A stretch of DNA of 64,000 nt, from positions 204,475 through 268,474 of the forward strand of contig CAZSVO010000002.1 in assembly GCA_964610325.1 (NCBI GenBank), in the 5' to 3' direction. The notes beneath the pieces are model-generated. The model was not told where the DNA came from, searched no databases, and saw nothing but the letters and a program-made list of their open reading frames with translations. Each line of letters opens with the position of its first letter. The stretch's first letter is position 1. Both the position numbers and the translations under genes were made by a program. The DNA comes from an uncultured Candidatus Izemoplasmatales bacterium (GTDB lineage Bacteria; Bacillota_I; Bacilli_A; Izemoplasmatales; Hujiaoplasmataceae). This document shows positions 28,187 to 37,769 of the stretch, piece after piece.

Positions 28187-29557
28187 ATGCAAAAAAACAT
28201 TAATATTGCATACATAGGAGGTGGATCAAGGTTATGGGCTAGAAGTCTTATGAATGACCTTGCTATGGAAAAAGATATTAAAGGAACTGTAAGATTATAT
28301 GACATTGATTATCCTTCGGCAAAAAGAAATGAAGTTTTAGGAAATATATTAATGGAACATAAGGATGCGTCTGGTAATTTTATTTTTAAAGCTGTTGAAT
28401 CATTGAAGGAAGCTTTAATTGGTGCAGATTTTGTTTTGATTTCCATTTTGCCAGGTACTTTTAAAGAGATGAGCGCTTATGTTCATCTGCCTGATAAATA
28501 TGGTATTTATCAGACGGTTGGAGACACTGTTGGACCTGCAGGAGTTTTTAGAAGTTTGATTATGATGCCTATGATTAAGACTATTGCAAAAGCTATTCAA
28601 GAATACGCTAAAGATGCTTGGGTTATAAATTTTACAAATCCAATGACCATGACTGTACAAACTCTTTATGAGGTTTTTCCAAAGATTAAAGCATTCGGAA
28701 ATTGTCATGAGGTTTTCTATGTTCAAAAAATACTAGCTAGAGCTTTAAAAGAAAAAACTGGTATAGAAACAGATTATAAAAATATAATAATTAATCCACA
28801 CGGAATTAATCATTTTACTTGGATTAACTATGCAACATATAAAGATATAGATTTGATGCCTTTGTATGAAGATTTTGTTGAGGATTATTATCATCAAGGC
28901 TTATTGATTAATGAGAGTTATGATGATGTCTATCCTTTTGGAAGTGCCGAGAGAGTTAAGTTAGATCTTTTTAAAGAATATAAGGTGATTGCAGCAGCTG
29001 GTGATCGTCATTTAGTCGAATTTTTGCCTTCATCTAGGTATCTAAAAGATGAAGAAACGATTAAACATTGGATGTTTCATAGAACTCCTGTGCAACTAAG
29101 ATTAGACAAGATGAATAAAAATGATGAGGATACATTAGCTATAATTGCTGGAAGCAAAGATATTGATATCTATCCTTCAGGAGAAGAAGGAATAGCCCAA
29201 ATTAAAGCATTGTTAGGTTTGCAAACCCTAATAACAAATGTCAATCTTCCTAATGTGGGGCAAATTGAAAATCTACCTTTAGGACATATTGTTGAAACAA
29301 ATGCTAGGTTTACTCTAAATAAAGTCCAGCCTTTGATAAGTGGAAAAATGGATAAAGATGTGGTTAGACTAACAATGCCACATATATGTAATCATCAAAG
29401 TCTAATAAAAGCATTTAGAACAAGGAATTTAAATTTTGGATTAGAAGCATTGATAAATGATCCTTTGCTTATAGATTTGTCAAAAGATGAGGTTAAGAGC
29501 ATGTTTTATGAAATAAAAAAACATATGGGCAGTTATTTGGATTTTTATCATGAGTAA
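28187..29557 (+). CDS. Glycoside hydrolase family 4 (NAD+/Mn2+-dependent; LplD-like alpha-galacturonidase/alpha-glucosidase)
   Basis: N-terminal NAD motif IAYIGGGS. GH4 hallmarks NFTNPM and the catalytic Cys in GNCHEV. RBS AAGGAGG. Confidence 0.8.
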   Translation: MQKNINIAYIGGGSRLWARSLMNDLAMEKDIKGTVRLYDIDYPSAKRNEVLGNILMEHKDASGNFIFKAVESLKEALIGADFVLISILPGTFKEMSAYVHLPDKYGIYQTVGDTVGPAGVFRSLIMMPMIKTIAKAIQEYAKDAWVINFTNPMTMTVQTLYEVFPKIKAFGNCHEVFYVQKILARALKEKTGIETDYKNIIINPHGINHFTWINYATYKDIDLMPLYEDFVEDYYHQGLLINESYDDVYPFGSAERVKLDLFKEYKVIAAAGDRHLVEFLPSSRYLKDEETIKHWMFHRTPVQLRLDKMNKNDEDTLAIIAGSKDIDIYPSGEEGIAQIKALLGLQTLITNVNLPNVGQIENLPLGHIVETNARFTLNKVQPLISGKMDKDVVRLTMPHICNHQSLIKAFRTRNLNFGLEALINDPLLIDLSKDEVKSMFYEIKKHMGSYLDFYHE

Positions 29558-30506
29558 TGTGATTGATTGGATTTGTCAAGGGGATGTTTTTATTCATTAC
29601 TTAGTAAAAAGAGACCTGTTAGATTATCAAGAATCAGATTTATCAAACTTGAGGGATAAAATTCTATATCAAGGATATGGGCTAATCTTGAAAGAGTTGC
29701 AAGATAAAAAAACATTTATGTGGGGGAATGGAATTTATTCGCCAAAATATATCTCAACGCATTACACATTATTAGAGTTGTGTCAGTTAGGCGCGAATCT
29801 AAAAGAACATAATTATATTGAAGCAGTTAAGTTATTAATTGATAATATGTGGTTTAAATTAGGCAAAGTAAATGCTTATCGCCATCAAGATATCTGCGTT
29901 GTAGCTATGATGGTTAGGTTTGCTTGTTATGTGGGCTTAAATGATATCCGTATCAATGAAATGATTGATTACATTTTATCTAATCAGATGATAGATGGAG
30001 GGTACAATTGTGCCTACGAGAGAAAACCGGCTCCAAAACAATCATCTTTACATACTACTGTGAACGTATTAGAAGCCTTCTCCACATACATAAAAATGGG
30101 ATATATCTATCGCAGCAAAGAAATAGAGTTAAAAGCATCGGAAGGGATTGAGTATATTCTTTCAAAAAGACTATTTCGTTCGGTTAGAACTGGAGAAGTT
30201 ATTCATAAATCCATGCTTGAGTTCACATTTCCTTATAATTGGAGATATGATATCTTAAGAGCATTAGAAGTGATGTGTGAACTTAAACATGAATATGATG
30301 AAAGAATGAAAGATGCAATAGATACAATCATTGATAGACTAGATGAGTTTGGAAGGATTAAGGCTGATGGAAAATCTCCAGGACCTATTAATATTAGATA
30401 TACTAAGAAGAATCAATTATGTCCCTATAATACCTATAGAGTCTTGAAGGTTTTAAAGTATTATAGTGAAGATTTATATTTAAAATATGTTGAAAAAGTT
30501 ATGTAG
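29550..30506 (+). CDS. Hypothetical protein translationally coupled to GH4
   Basis: 318 aa, no recognisable motifs. Start overlaps the GH4 stop (ATGA-type overlap). Confidence 0.4.
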   Translation: MSNVIDWICQGDVFIHYLVKRDLLDYQESDLSNLRDKILYQGYGLILKELQDKKTFMWGNGIYSPKYISTHYTLLELCQLGANLKEHNYIEAVKLLIDNMWFKLGKVNAYRHQDICVVAMMVRFACYVGLNDIRINEMIDYILSNQMIDGGYNCAYERKPAPKQSSLHTTVNVLEAFSTYIKMGYIYRSKEIELKASEGIEYILSKRLFRSVRTGEVIHKSMLEFTFPYNWRYDILRALEVMCELKHEYDERMKDAIDTIIDRLDEFGRIKADGKSPGPINIRYTKKNQLCPYNTYRVLKVLKYYSEDLYLKYVEKVM

Positions 30507-30624
30507 TTTGGATAACTTTAAGATTTAAGCACTAGAGTAAGGCGGTACAAAAGCTTTCGAGCAAATCCCTCAACCTAGGGATTACTCATAACATTGATAT
30601 AAATGTATAGTAATTATAAATAAA

Positions 30625-30640
30625 TTATGGTATAATAAAT
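30625..30640 (+). promoter_or_regulatory. Extended -10 promoter (TGgTATAAT) upstream of nfeD-floT
   Basis: tatggtataat about 35 nt upstream of the nfeD RBS GTGAGG. Confidence 0.4.
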
Positions 30641-30673
30641 TGATTGTTTTTATCAGAAAAGTGAGGTTAAGAT

Positions 30674-31261
30674 ATGTGGGATAGTATGAGTCAGTTTCAA
30701 CAAGTGTTCTTTGTTTTGGCTTTGACTTCAACTGCGATTATGGTTATTTTAATAATCATGATGTTTATTGGTATGGATGAAGCAGACGGATTTGACGGCG
30801 ATATCGATGTCGATGCAGGTATTGATATTTTCAATGATGAGCCAATAAGCGGAATTGCTGGATTAAAAATCCTTAGTATTAGAGGTGTTTTAGCTTTTTT
30901 CAGTATTGGTAGTTGGACGGTATATCTTCTATCTGATGTTTGGCCAGTTTGGGCAGCAATTCTTCTGGGGATGGTATCGGGTTCAATAGCTAGCATATTG
31001 TTAGCTTATGCTTTTAGAGCAGCTATGAAATTAGAATCAGTAGGAAATCTAGATTATCGTAGTGCAATTGGTAAGCCAGCAATGGTCTATATAAAAATTC
31101 CCAAAGAAAAAACTGGTAGAGGTAAGGTAATCATGAATCATCAAGGTCGAATGCTTGAAGTAGATGCTCTTTCAAATGAGAGTGAAGATTTGTTAAGGAA
31201 TACAAAGGTGTTAGTCGAATCATTAGAAGATGACTCTACCTTAGTAGTCAAGAAAATATAA
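30674..31261 (+). CDS. NfeD-like membrane protein (YuaF/YqeZ type)
   Basis: Polytopic N-terminal region plus a C-terminal OB-fold-like domain. Immediately upstream of a flotillin gene, a conserved pairing. Confidence 0.7.
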   Translation: MWDSMSQFQQVFFVLALTSTAIMVILIIMMFIGMDEADGFDGDIDVDAGIDIFNDEPISGIAGLKILSIRGVLAFFSIGSWTVYLLSDVWPVWAAILLGMVSGSIASILLAYAFRAAMKLESVGNLDYRSAIGKPAMVYIKIPKEKTGRGKVIMNHQGRMLEVDALSNESEDLLRNTKVLVESLEDDSTLVVKKI

Positions 31262-31279
31262 TAGGAGGAGATTAAGAGT

Positions 31280-32722
31280 ATGTTTTATTTTGCCGCTACA
31301 GGCGGGTGGGTAGGATTGATTTTCGCAATAGTTGTAATTGTTTTTATGGTTCTTGCGTTTATCGTATCGAGAATTAAGAAGTGTCCTTCGGACAAAATTA
31401 TGGTAATTTATGGTAAAGTAGGTCAGAACTTGGATGGGACAAGTAGATCAGCTACTTGTATTCATGGGGGAGCTAAATTTATTTATCCATTTATCCAAGC
31501 CTATGAGTATTTGGACTTAACTCCACTATCAATTAGTGTTGATTTGACTAAAGCTCTTTCAAGACAGAATATCAGAATAGATGTTCCTTCAAGATTTACT
31601 GTAGGTATCTCAACAGAGCCATATGTAATGCAAAATGCTGCTGAACGTTTATTAGGTCTTCAATTAAATGAGATTCAAGAACTTGCTAAAGATATTATTT
31701 TTGGTCAGTTACGTTTGGTTATTGCGACTATGGATATTGAAGAAATCAATACAAACAGAGATAAATTCTTAGAGGCTGTCAGTGACAATGTCGAAACTGA
31801 ACTTAAAAAAATCGGTTTACGACTAATAAATGTTAATGTTACTGATATCAATGACGAATCGGGATACATTGAAGCATTGGGTAAAGAGGCAGCAGCAAAA
31901 GCTATTAATGATGCTAAAAAGAGTGTTGCTGAAAAGAATAGAGATGGATCTATTGGGGAAGCCGAAGCTTTGAGAGACCAAAGAATTCGAGTAGCAACTG
32001 CAGATGCTTTAGCAATTGAAGGGGAAAATAATTCCTTGGGAGACATCTCTAAATCAAATGCAACTCGTCGCGAGATTGAAGCAGAAGCTCTAAGAAGAGC
32101 TACAGCTGCTGAAAAGATTGCACAAGCAAAAGCACTTGAAGAATCTTATACTGCTGAAAAAGAAGCAGAACTTGCAAGAGCAAGTAGAGAAAAGGCATCT
32201 TTAGAAGCAGATATCATTGTTAAATCTGAAATAGATAAACTGAAAAAAGTGATTGAAGCAGAAGCTATTGCTGAAGAAACTAGAAGAAAAGCTAGAGGGG
32301 AAGCAGATGCGATATTTGCTAAAATGGAAGCTGAAGGAAAAGGTCTTTTTGAGGTTTTGAGCAAACAAGCTGAAGGTTTCACTTCTTTGGTTAAAGCAGC
32401 TAACAATAATCCGGATGCAGCAATCAAGTTGTTAATTGCAGATAAATTGGAAACTTTAGTAGGTATCCAAGTAGAGGCGATTAAAAATCTTAAGTTTGAT
32501 AAGATTACAGTTTGGGATAGTGGAAATACAAAAGATGGATCAACTCAAACAGCTAACTTTGCATCTAATTTAATGAAATCAATCCCACCGATGAAAGATT
32601 TATTTTCTATGGCAGGAATGGAACTTCCTGAATATTTAGGAAAAGAGATTCAAGAAAAACAAACAGAGGAAAAATCAGAGTTAAAGAAAGAACCAGAAAA
32701 GAAAGAAAGCAAAAAAGCTTAA
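31280..32722 (+). CDS. floT: Flotillin-like SPFH/band-7 protein (FloT/YuaG type)
   Basis: N-terminal TM. SPFH domain. Long EA-rich coiled-coil (AEAEALR... repeats). RBS AGGAGG. Confidence 0.8.
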   Translation: MFYFAATGGWVGLIFAIVVIVFMVLAFIVSRIKKCPSDKIMVIYGKVGQNLDGTSRSATCIHGGAKFIYPFIQAYEYLDLTPLSISVDLTKALSRQNIRIDVPSRFTVGISTEPYVMQNAAERLLGLQLNEIQELAKDIIFGQLRLVIATMDIEEINTNRDKFLEAVSDNVETELKKIGLRLINVNVTDINDESGYIEALGKEAAAKAINDAKKSVAEKNRDGSIGEAEALRDQRIRVATADALAIEGENNSLGDISKSNATRREIEAEALRRATAAEKIAQAKALEESYTAEKEAELARASREKASLEADIIVKSEIDKLKKVIEAEAIAEETRRKARGEADAIFAKMEAEGKGLFEVLSKQAEGFTSLVKAANNNPDAAIKLLIADKLETLVGIQVEAIKNLKFDKITVWDSGNTKDGSTQTANFASNLMKSIPPMKDLFSMAGMELPEYLGKEIQEKQTEEKSELKKEPEKKESKKA

Positions 32723-32740
32723 ATTAATTTTTAAATAAAG

Positions 32741-32776
32741 AATCCGAGTCGAAACAATGACTTCGGATTTTTTTTA
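32741..32776 (+). terminator. Rho-independent terminator after floT
   Basis: aatccgagtcg-aaacaatg-acttcggatt followed by TTTTTTTT. Confidence 0.7.
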
Positions 32777-32856
32777 AATATCTATTGACAAACGTTATCA
32801 AAAATGATAACATTATCAATATAGATAATATAAAACGAGATTAAGGGAGGGATAAA

Positions 32857-33405
32857 TTGAAAAAGGATATAATAAGCGCGTTAATGCATCCCATAAGAAT
32901 TAGAATAATCCAAGAGTTGGGAATAAAAGGAGATGCAACTACTAAAGAACTACAAGCCGCTTGTGGAGATTATGGTCAAGCTACCATATATAGGCATCTT
33001 AAAGAAATGTTGGAATACGAATTGATTAAAGTAGTCAATGAGAACAATATCAATGGAATAATTGAGAAAGTATACGGATTAAATGAAGATTTAGGTTCAT
33101 TAATCTTGGGCAATCCAGAAGAACTAAAAAAAGATGATTACTTAATATTATTCACACAGTATATTATGTCTATTATGAGTGATTTTTCAGCTTATTTCGA
33201 ACAAGATAATGCACTACAAGAAGTTACTGAGAATATAGGATTTACAAGTAGTTCAATATTTCTAAGTGATGAAGAACTAAAGGAAATGATGTTAGAAATG
33301 GCTGAATCGATGATGAAAAGAATTATCAACGAACCAAAAGAAGGAAGAAAACTTAGAAAAATTTCAAGCATTACAACTACAGTTTTAAATAAAGATAAAG
33401 AGTAA
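32857..33405 (+). CDS. ArsR-like winged-HTH transcriptional regulator
   Basis: N-terminal HPIRIRIIQEL...TTKELQ...ATIYRHLKEM wHTH signature. RBS AGGGAGGG. Confidence 0.6.
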   Translation: MKKDIISALMHPIRIRIIQELGIKGDATTKELQAACGDYGQATIYRHLKEMLEYELIKVVNENNINGIIEKVYGLNEDLGSLILGNPEELKKDDYLILFTQYIMSIMSDFSAYFEQDNALQEVTENIGFTSSSIFLSDEELKEMMLEMAESMMKRIINEPKEGRKLRKISSITTTVLNKDKE

Positions 33406-33426
33406 TAATATGAAAAGAAAAGAGGG

Positions 33427-33645
33427 ATGGATATGTTTGATGATAATTTAGTTTATTTTTTACCAATCATTGTTTTACAACTTGGCTTGCAAATTTTTGC
33501 ATTAGTAAATTTATCAAAACGTAACAAAGTCAAGTTCAACAACAAAAAAATATGGGTCGCTATAATTATATTTGGCAGTTTGTTTGGACCGATAATTTAT
33601 TTTTTGTACAGAGGAGAAGATGATGACTACAGCAGTGAAGATTAG
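33427..33645 (+). CDS. Small membrane protein, PLDc_N (cardiolipin-synthase N-terminal-like) family
   Basis: 72 aa, 2 TM, conserved KKIWVAIIIF...GPIIYFLYRG pattern. Precedes an ABC transporter, a typical arrangement. Confidence 0.55.
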   Translation: MDMFDDNLVYFLPIIVLQLGLQIFALVNLSKRNKVKFNNKKIWVAIIIFGSLFGPIIYFLYRGEDDDYSSED

Positions 33646-34552
33646 TGGCTTAGTAAAGAATTATCAAGGGTTATTGGCTGTCAATAATCTAGATTTGTCT
33701 GTTCCAGAAGGTTCAATTTATGGTTTTTTAGGACCAAACGGAGCAGGGAAAACAACAACTTTAAAAATGATCATCGGTATGGTTGAACCCACTGCCGGGG
33801 AAATTCTAGTTATGGGGAAGAAAGTTGAATTTGGTAAGAGTGAAAATCGTGAAGTCATCGGCTATTTACCTGATGTGCCAGGCTTTTATGATTGGATGAC
33901 TCCTAAAGAATTTCTACATTTTTCTGGTGGTTTATATGATATACCAAAAGAAGTTCTTAAAGAACGGACTAAAGAGTTATTAAAACTGGTTAATCTTACA
34001 AAATCACAAAATAGAAAAATAGGAAACTTTTCAAGAGGGATGAAGCAAAGACTAGGAATTGCACAAGCACTAATCAATAACCCCAAAGTTGTTCTATTAG
34101 ATGAACCAGTATCTGCCTTAGATCCTATCGGACGAAAAGAAGTTATGGATATTATTGCTTCTTTAGCTGGGAAAGTTACGGTGTTCTTTTCAACTCATAT
34201 TTTAGCTGATGTTGAGCGTATATGTGACAGAATCATTATTATCAACGAAGGAAAGAAACTACTTGAAGATTCAATTGAAAATATTAAGGAAGTTCCTGAT
34301 ATTAGAGAATTAGAGATTGAACTTGAGAATGAATCTGATTTAGAAAAGTTATTAAAACTAAAAGATGATTCAAAAGTAGAAGATATCATATTCGATAAAA
34401 ACAAAGTTTTGATTAAAACTAAAGATATCAATAATCTAAGACATATGATAAATAAATACTTATATGAAAATAGCATTCTTGTAAAAAAAATCAATCTCAA
34501 AGAAGTATCTTTAGAAGATATCTTTATTAAGGTGGTGAATAATAATGATTAA
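33620..34552 (+). CDS. ABC transporter ATP-binding protein
   Basis: Walker A GPNGAGKTT. Signature FSRGMKQRL. Walker B VLLDEP. H-loop. Confidence 0.9.
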   Translation: MMTTAVKISGLVKNYQGLLAVNNLDLSVPEGSIYGFLGPNGAGKTTTLKMIIGMVEPTAGEILVMGKKVEFGKSENREVIGYLPDVPGFYDWMTPKEFLHFSGGLYDIPKEVLKERTKELLKLVNLTKSQNRKIGNFSRGMKQRLGIAQALINNPKVVLLDEPVSALDPIGRKEVMDIIASLAGKVTVFFSTHILADVERICDRIIIINEGKKLLEDSIENIKEVPDIRELEIELENESDLEKLLKLKDDSKVEDIIFDKNKVLIKTKDINNLRHMINKYLYENSILVKKINLKEVSLEDIFIKVVNNND

Positions 34553-35303
34553 GTTTGAGTTAATCAAAAAAGAGATAAAAGAGTATTTGAAAACTCCAAA
34601 AGGACTTATTCTATTAGTATTATTTTTATTCTTTGCATTCTCTTCGCCATTACTAGCAAAGTATATCAATGAGATATTGGCTTCAGTAGCTACAGATGTT
34701 GAAATCATCTTCCCTGAACCAACGCTAAAGGATTCTTGGATGCAATATTTTAAGAATATGAATTCGATATGTATCATAGTGTATTTGATTGTAATGACTG
34801 GTACGATATCACAAGAGAAGAATAAGGGTTCAATAATCTTAGTTCTAACCAAGAAAGTTTCTCGATTCAGTTTAATTTTTAGCAAATTTTTGGTTGGATC
34901 TTTAGTTTTTACAGTATTATTCTTATTATCAACATTGGTTAATGGGTGGTATACAAACATATTGTTCGATGAGTTCAATTATAATGGTTTGATTATTTCA
35001 CTTTTATTGCAATGGCTTATGGGTATCTTTTTTACAGCTTTAGCGATTTTTACAAGCGTCATTGGCAAAACGCCAACCACTTCAGCTTTACTTGGTTTTT
35101 TTGCTTTTGCTATATTGCAAATTTTCAATATTTCATCAGAGCTTGCTTTATATAACCCCTCAGGTGCATCAGCAATAGTTAACAGCATTCTAGCTAATAC
35201 GGTTGATAACTCTAAACTTTGGATTCCAATTATATCGTCGATTTTATTTACTGTATTTTTATTAGCTGGAAGCCAAATTATATTTAAAAGACAAGAATTA
35301 TAG
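34545..35303 (+). CDS. ABC-2 type transporter permease
   Basis: 252 aa, 6 TM. Overlaps the ATPase gene stop. Confidence 0.75.
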   Translation: MIKFELIKKEIKEYLKTPKGLILLVLFLFFAFSSPLLAKYINEILASVATDVEIIFPEPTLKDSWMQYFKNMNSICIIVYLIVMTGTISQEKNKGSIILVLTKKVSRFSLIFSKFLVGSLVFTVLFLLSTLVNGWYTNILFDEFNYNGLIISLLLQWLMGIFFTALAIFTSVIGKTPTTSALLGFFAFAILQIFNISSELALYNPSGASAIVNSILANTVDNSKLWIPIISSILFTVFLLAGSQIIFKRQEL

Positions 35304-35409
35304 ATTATTCTTCTAATTGATTAGAATCATTTCATATAAATGTATTTTTTTCTTATCTCATATTGTTTATAGGATGAAATAGCATTATAATTGATTAGAG
35401 GGACATGTT

Positions 35410-37215
35410 ATGAAAATTAAAGATAAGATTTTTAAAGCCAGAAGCAAATTAAGCATTAAAACCTATAAAAGACCACAACTTTTTGTGATTGTTATGATGG
35501 TTTTGTTAAACATTTTCATATTGATAATCTCAGCTTTTCTAGCATTAGTTATCGATGATAGTTTCAATAACTTCTTCGATGCTTTTGCTAATGGAAGTTT
35601 AAAGTGGATGTTAACCCCAAATGCAATTCTATTAATAGAAAATCCGAATACATTATTGTTAGCAGTATTTGTATTGGTAATTGGTATGGTGCTTTTTACT
35701 GGCACCATAATTGCTTTAACTACTAATGCAATAAAGGATTATTTTAATAAAAAACAATCAGGTTCTGGTAGATTGATTTTAGATAATCAAATAGTTGTTT
35801 TAAACTGGAATAATAAGGTTCCTGAGTTTGTCGCAGACCTTATCCATCTTGATTTTGTCGATATTTCTTTAGTAATTTTAGCTGATGTAGATAAAGATGA
35901 AGCTGAGAAAATGATTAAAAATTCGATAAGGAAAACAGTACAAAAAAAGGATTTGAAAAATTTAAATCTTCTTGTCAAAAAAGGCAGTCCATTGATTAAG
36001 TCTGATCTATATGATATTTCAATCGAGAAATGTCGATCAATTCTCATCATGAACTCAGATCAGGTATCTATTGATGAATCGTTATCTAAGGGAGATTTGA
36101 ATATTATCAAAGTCATATTGAACCTTGGTGATATTAAATTCCAAAACAATCCACCGATTGTTGCAGAAATTAAAAACATAGAAACCAAAGATAAGGTTTT
36201 GATGGCTGCTGAAGTAGTCAAATCACTAAAAGGCAATAATATCATTCCGGTTTGTTATGATCGTAAATTAGGACATGTTATTGCACAAACAATTATTAAT
36301 CCTTTGATTAAAGATGTCTATTTAACAATGTTTTCTTTCGAAGGTTCTGAAGTTTATGTAATGAGAAATATTGATTTTGATGAAGCTTTGATGGAATATT
36401 CTCATGTTATCCCTTTAGCTAAGACAGATGATGTAATCTTTGTTTTGGCTGAACAAGAAAAAGACATTTCAATTAAAGATAGTTATCGAGGAGAGATATT
36501 GACTTTAAAAACAAAAGAGTTCAATTTTCAGACGGATATGCAGGTTTATATAATTGGCAATAATAATAAGTTAGGCTTCATTAAACAGTCATTTGATGAG
36601 TATGAAAAGTTGTATGACAGTCATTTTACAGCACATTACATCAATGAGAGTGAACTTAAAGATTTTGTGCAAAAATATAATCAAAGCAGTGAGGATAGTA
36701 CAATCTTGTTACTGAGTGATGAAGGTGCGGCTATAGAGAGTTTGGACGCTAATATTATTGATAATCTTATTTATCTTCAAAGTAATATCAAGAGGGATCG
36801 CAATATTATTGTTGAAGTTCTTGATCCAGTTAATGACAGGATAATTAAGGATTTTAATATAAATAACACAATTATTTCAAATAGAATAATCTCTTTACTC
36901 CTAACCAAGGTAGCTTTCTATAAAGAAACAGCGGCTTTTTATGATAATTTGTTGACTATTAAATCGGATTCTAGCAATGATGATAGTCAAAATATATATA
37001 TACTTAAAGCTAATGAGATGTTAGATGAAGTATTTCCAATTAAATTCACAAGCCAAAAACAATTATTGCTATCATTTTATGAATCATTTTCAAAGAAATA
37101 TATGTTGTTTGGCTACTTCAGAAACGGCAATTTAGCTTGCTTTAGCAAAGATCTTAATACAAATGATGATTTTTACATATATAACGACGATTTACTGGTA
37201 TTTATCAAGATATAA
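35410..37215 (+). CDS. Two-TM membrane protein with a re-entrant pore-like loop and tandem RCK-like cytoplasmic domains (CASTOR/POLLUX-type ion-channel-like)
   Basis: TM1 LFVIVMMVLLNIFILIISAFLAL. Loop. TM2 LLAVFVLVIGMVLFTGTIIAL. Then QIVVLNWNNKVPEFVADL and a second QVYIIGNNNKLGFI block resembling RCK N-termini. No canonical TVGYG filter. Confidence 0.4.
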   Translation: MKIKDKIFKARSKLSIKTYKRPQLFVIVMMVLLNIFILIISAFLALVIDDSFNNFFDAFANGSLKWMLTPNAILLIENPNTLLLAVFVLVIGMVLFTGTIIALTTNAIKDYFNKKQSGSGRLILDNQIVVLNWNNKVPEFVADLIHLDFVDISLVILADVDKDEAEKMIKNSIRKTVQKKDLKNLNLLVKKGSPLIKSDLYDISIEKCRSILIMNSDQVSIDESLSKGDLNIIKVILNLGDIKFQNNPPIVAEIKNIETKDKVLMAAEVVKSLKGNNIIPVCYDRKLGHVIAQTIINPLIKDVYLTMFSFEGSEVYVMRNIDFDEALMEYSHVIPLAKTDDVIFVLAEQEKDISIKDSYRGEILTLKTKEFNFQTDMQVYIIGNNNKLGFIKQSFDEYEKLYDSHFTAHYINESELKDFVQKYNQSSEDSTILLLSDEGAAIESLDANIIDNLIYLQSNIKRDRNIIVEVLDPVNDRIIKDFNINNTIISNRIISLLLTKVAFYKETAAFYDNLLTIKSDSSNDDSQNIYILKANEMLDEVFPIKFTSQKQLLLSFYESFSKKYMLFGYFRNGNLACFSKDLNTNDDFYIYNDDLLVFIKI

Positions 37216-37239
37216 AAAAAGGACACATCGAGTGTCCTT
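37214..37239 (-). terminator. Rho-independent terminator for the cupin gene (minus strand)
   Basis: On the minus strand, aaggacactcgatgtgtcctt followed by TTTTTTT. Confidence 0.6.
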
Positions 37240-37254
37240 ATAAGATTGTTAACA

Positions 37255-37283
37255 AAGCACCTTAGGAATAGGGTGCTTTTTTG
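37255..37283 (+). terminator. Rho-independent terminator for the channel-like gene (plus strand)
   Basis: aagcacc-ttaggaata-gggtgctt followed by TTTTTT. Confidence 0.6.
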
Positions 37284-37335
37284 GTAAGTAATCATTTTAA
37301 AGGAGTAATCGTTTAAATTACTATTGTTCTATTAA

Positions 37336-37662
37336 TCAATCGACTCCAGGCGTTTTGATGTTTAAAAACGACATCTTTTCCTCTTTGTTTGCTCTAATTG
37401 ACATGAGAGTGAAAGGTTTGCATAGAACAATATCGTCTTTTTTTACTTGATAGGTTTCATTGCCTATGGTTATTTCGCCGCTACCTTCTAGAATAATAAA
37501 AGTTACATCGACAGTTGCTTCGTGAGGCGGTATTGATTCAAAGCTATCTAACATTATGTTTCTAATTGTAATATGCTTGTGACTGACTACGGTTTTTGCT
37601 AGAAACCCCCTTTTATTGATAAAAGGTTTAAGTTCAGAGAGATTATAGTGGTTCATTTTCAA
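37336..37662 (-). CDS. Cupin-domain protein
   Basis: 108 aa. Cupin motif regions (HEATVDVTFIILEGSGEI...G). Confidence 0.55.
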   Translation of the reverse strand: MKMNHYNLSELKPFINKRGFLAKTVVSHKHITIRNIMLDSFESIPPHEATVDVTFIILEGSGEITIGNETYQVKKDDIVLCKPFTLMSIRANKEEKMSFLNIKTPGVD

Positions 37663-37769
37663 TTTCCTTTCTGTTAATATGTAATATTATAACAAAACAT
37701 CTCAAATAGATATGTGATTTGAATCACATAAGAAATAGGAGAAATCTAGTAAATGAATTAATCAAATAT

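Noticed and set aside
30507-30620. Possible structured RNA (ggcggtacaaaagctttcgagcaaatccctcaacctaggg) between the unknown ORF and nfeD
   Set aside because: Only short (4-5 bp) stems. No T-tract and no recognisable riboswitch core. Insufficient evidence.
31705-32427. Ala/Ser-rich antisense ORFs within floT
   Set aside because: Mirror of the EA-rich coiled-coil coding region. Not independent genes.
34195-34978. Minus-strand ORFs (34195-34500, 34511-34978) overlapping the ABC transporter genes
   Set aside because: Antisense to ABC ATPase and permease genes with canonical motifs. Low-complexity Ser/Ile-rich translations.
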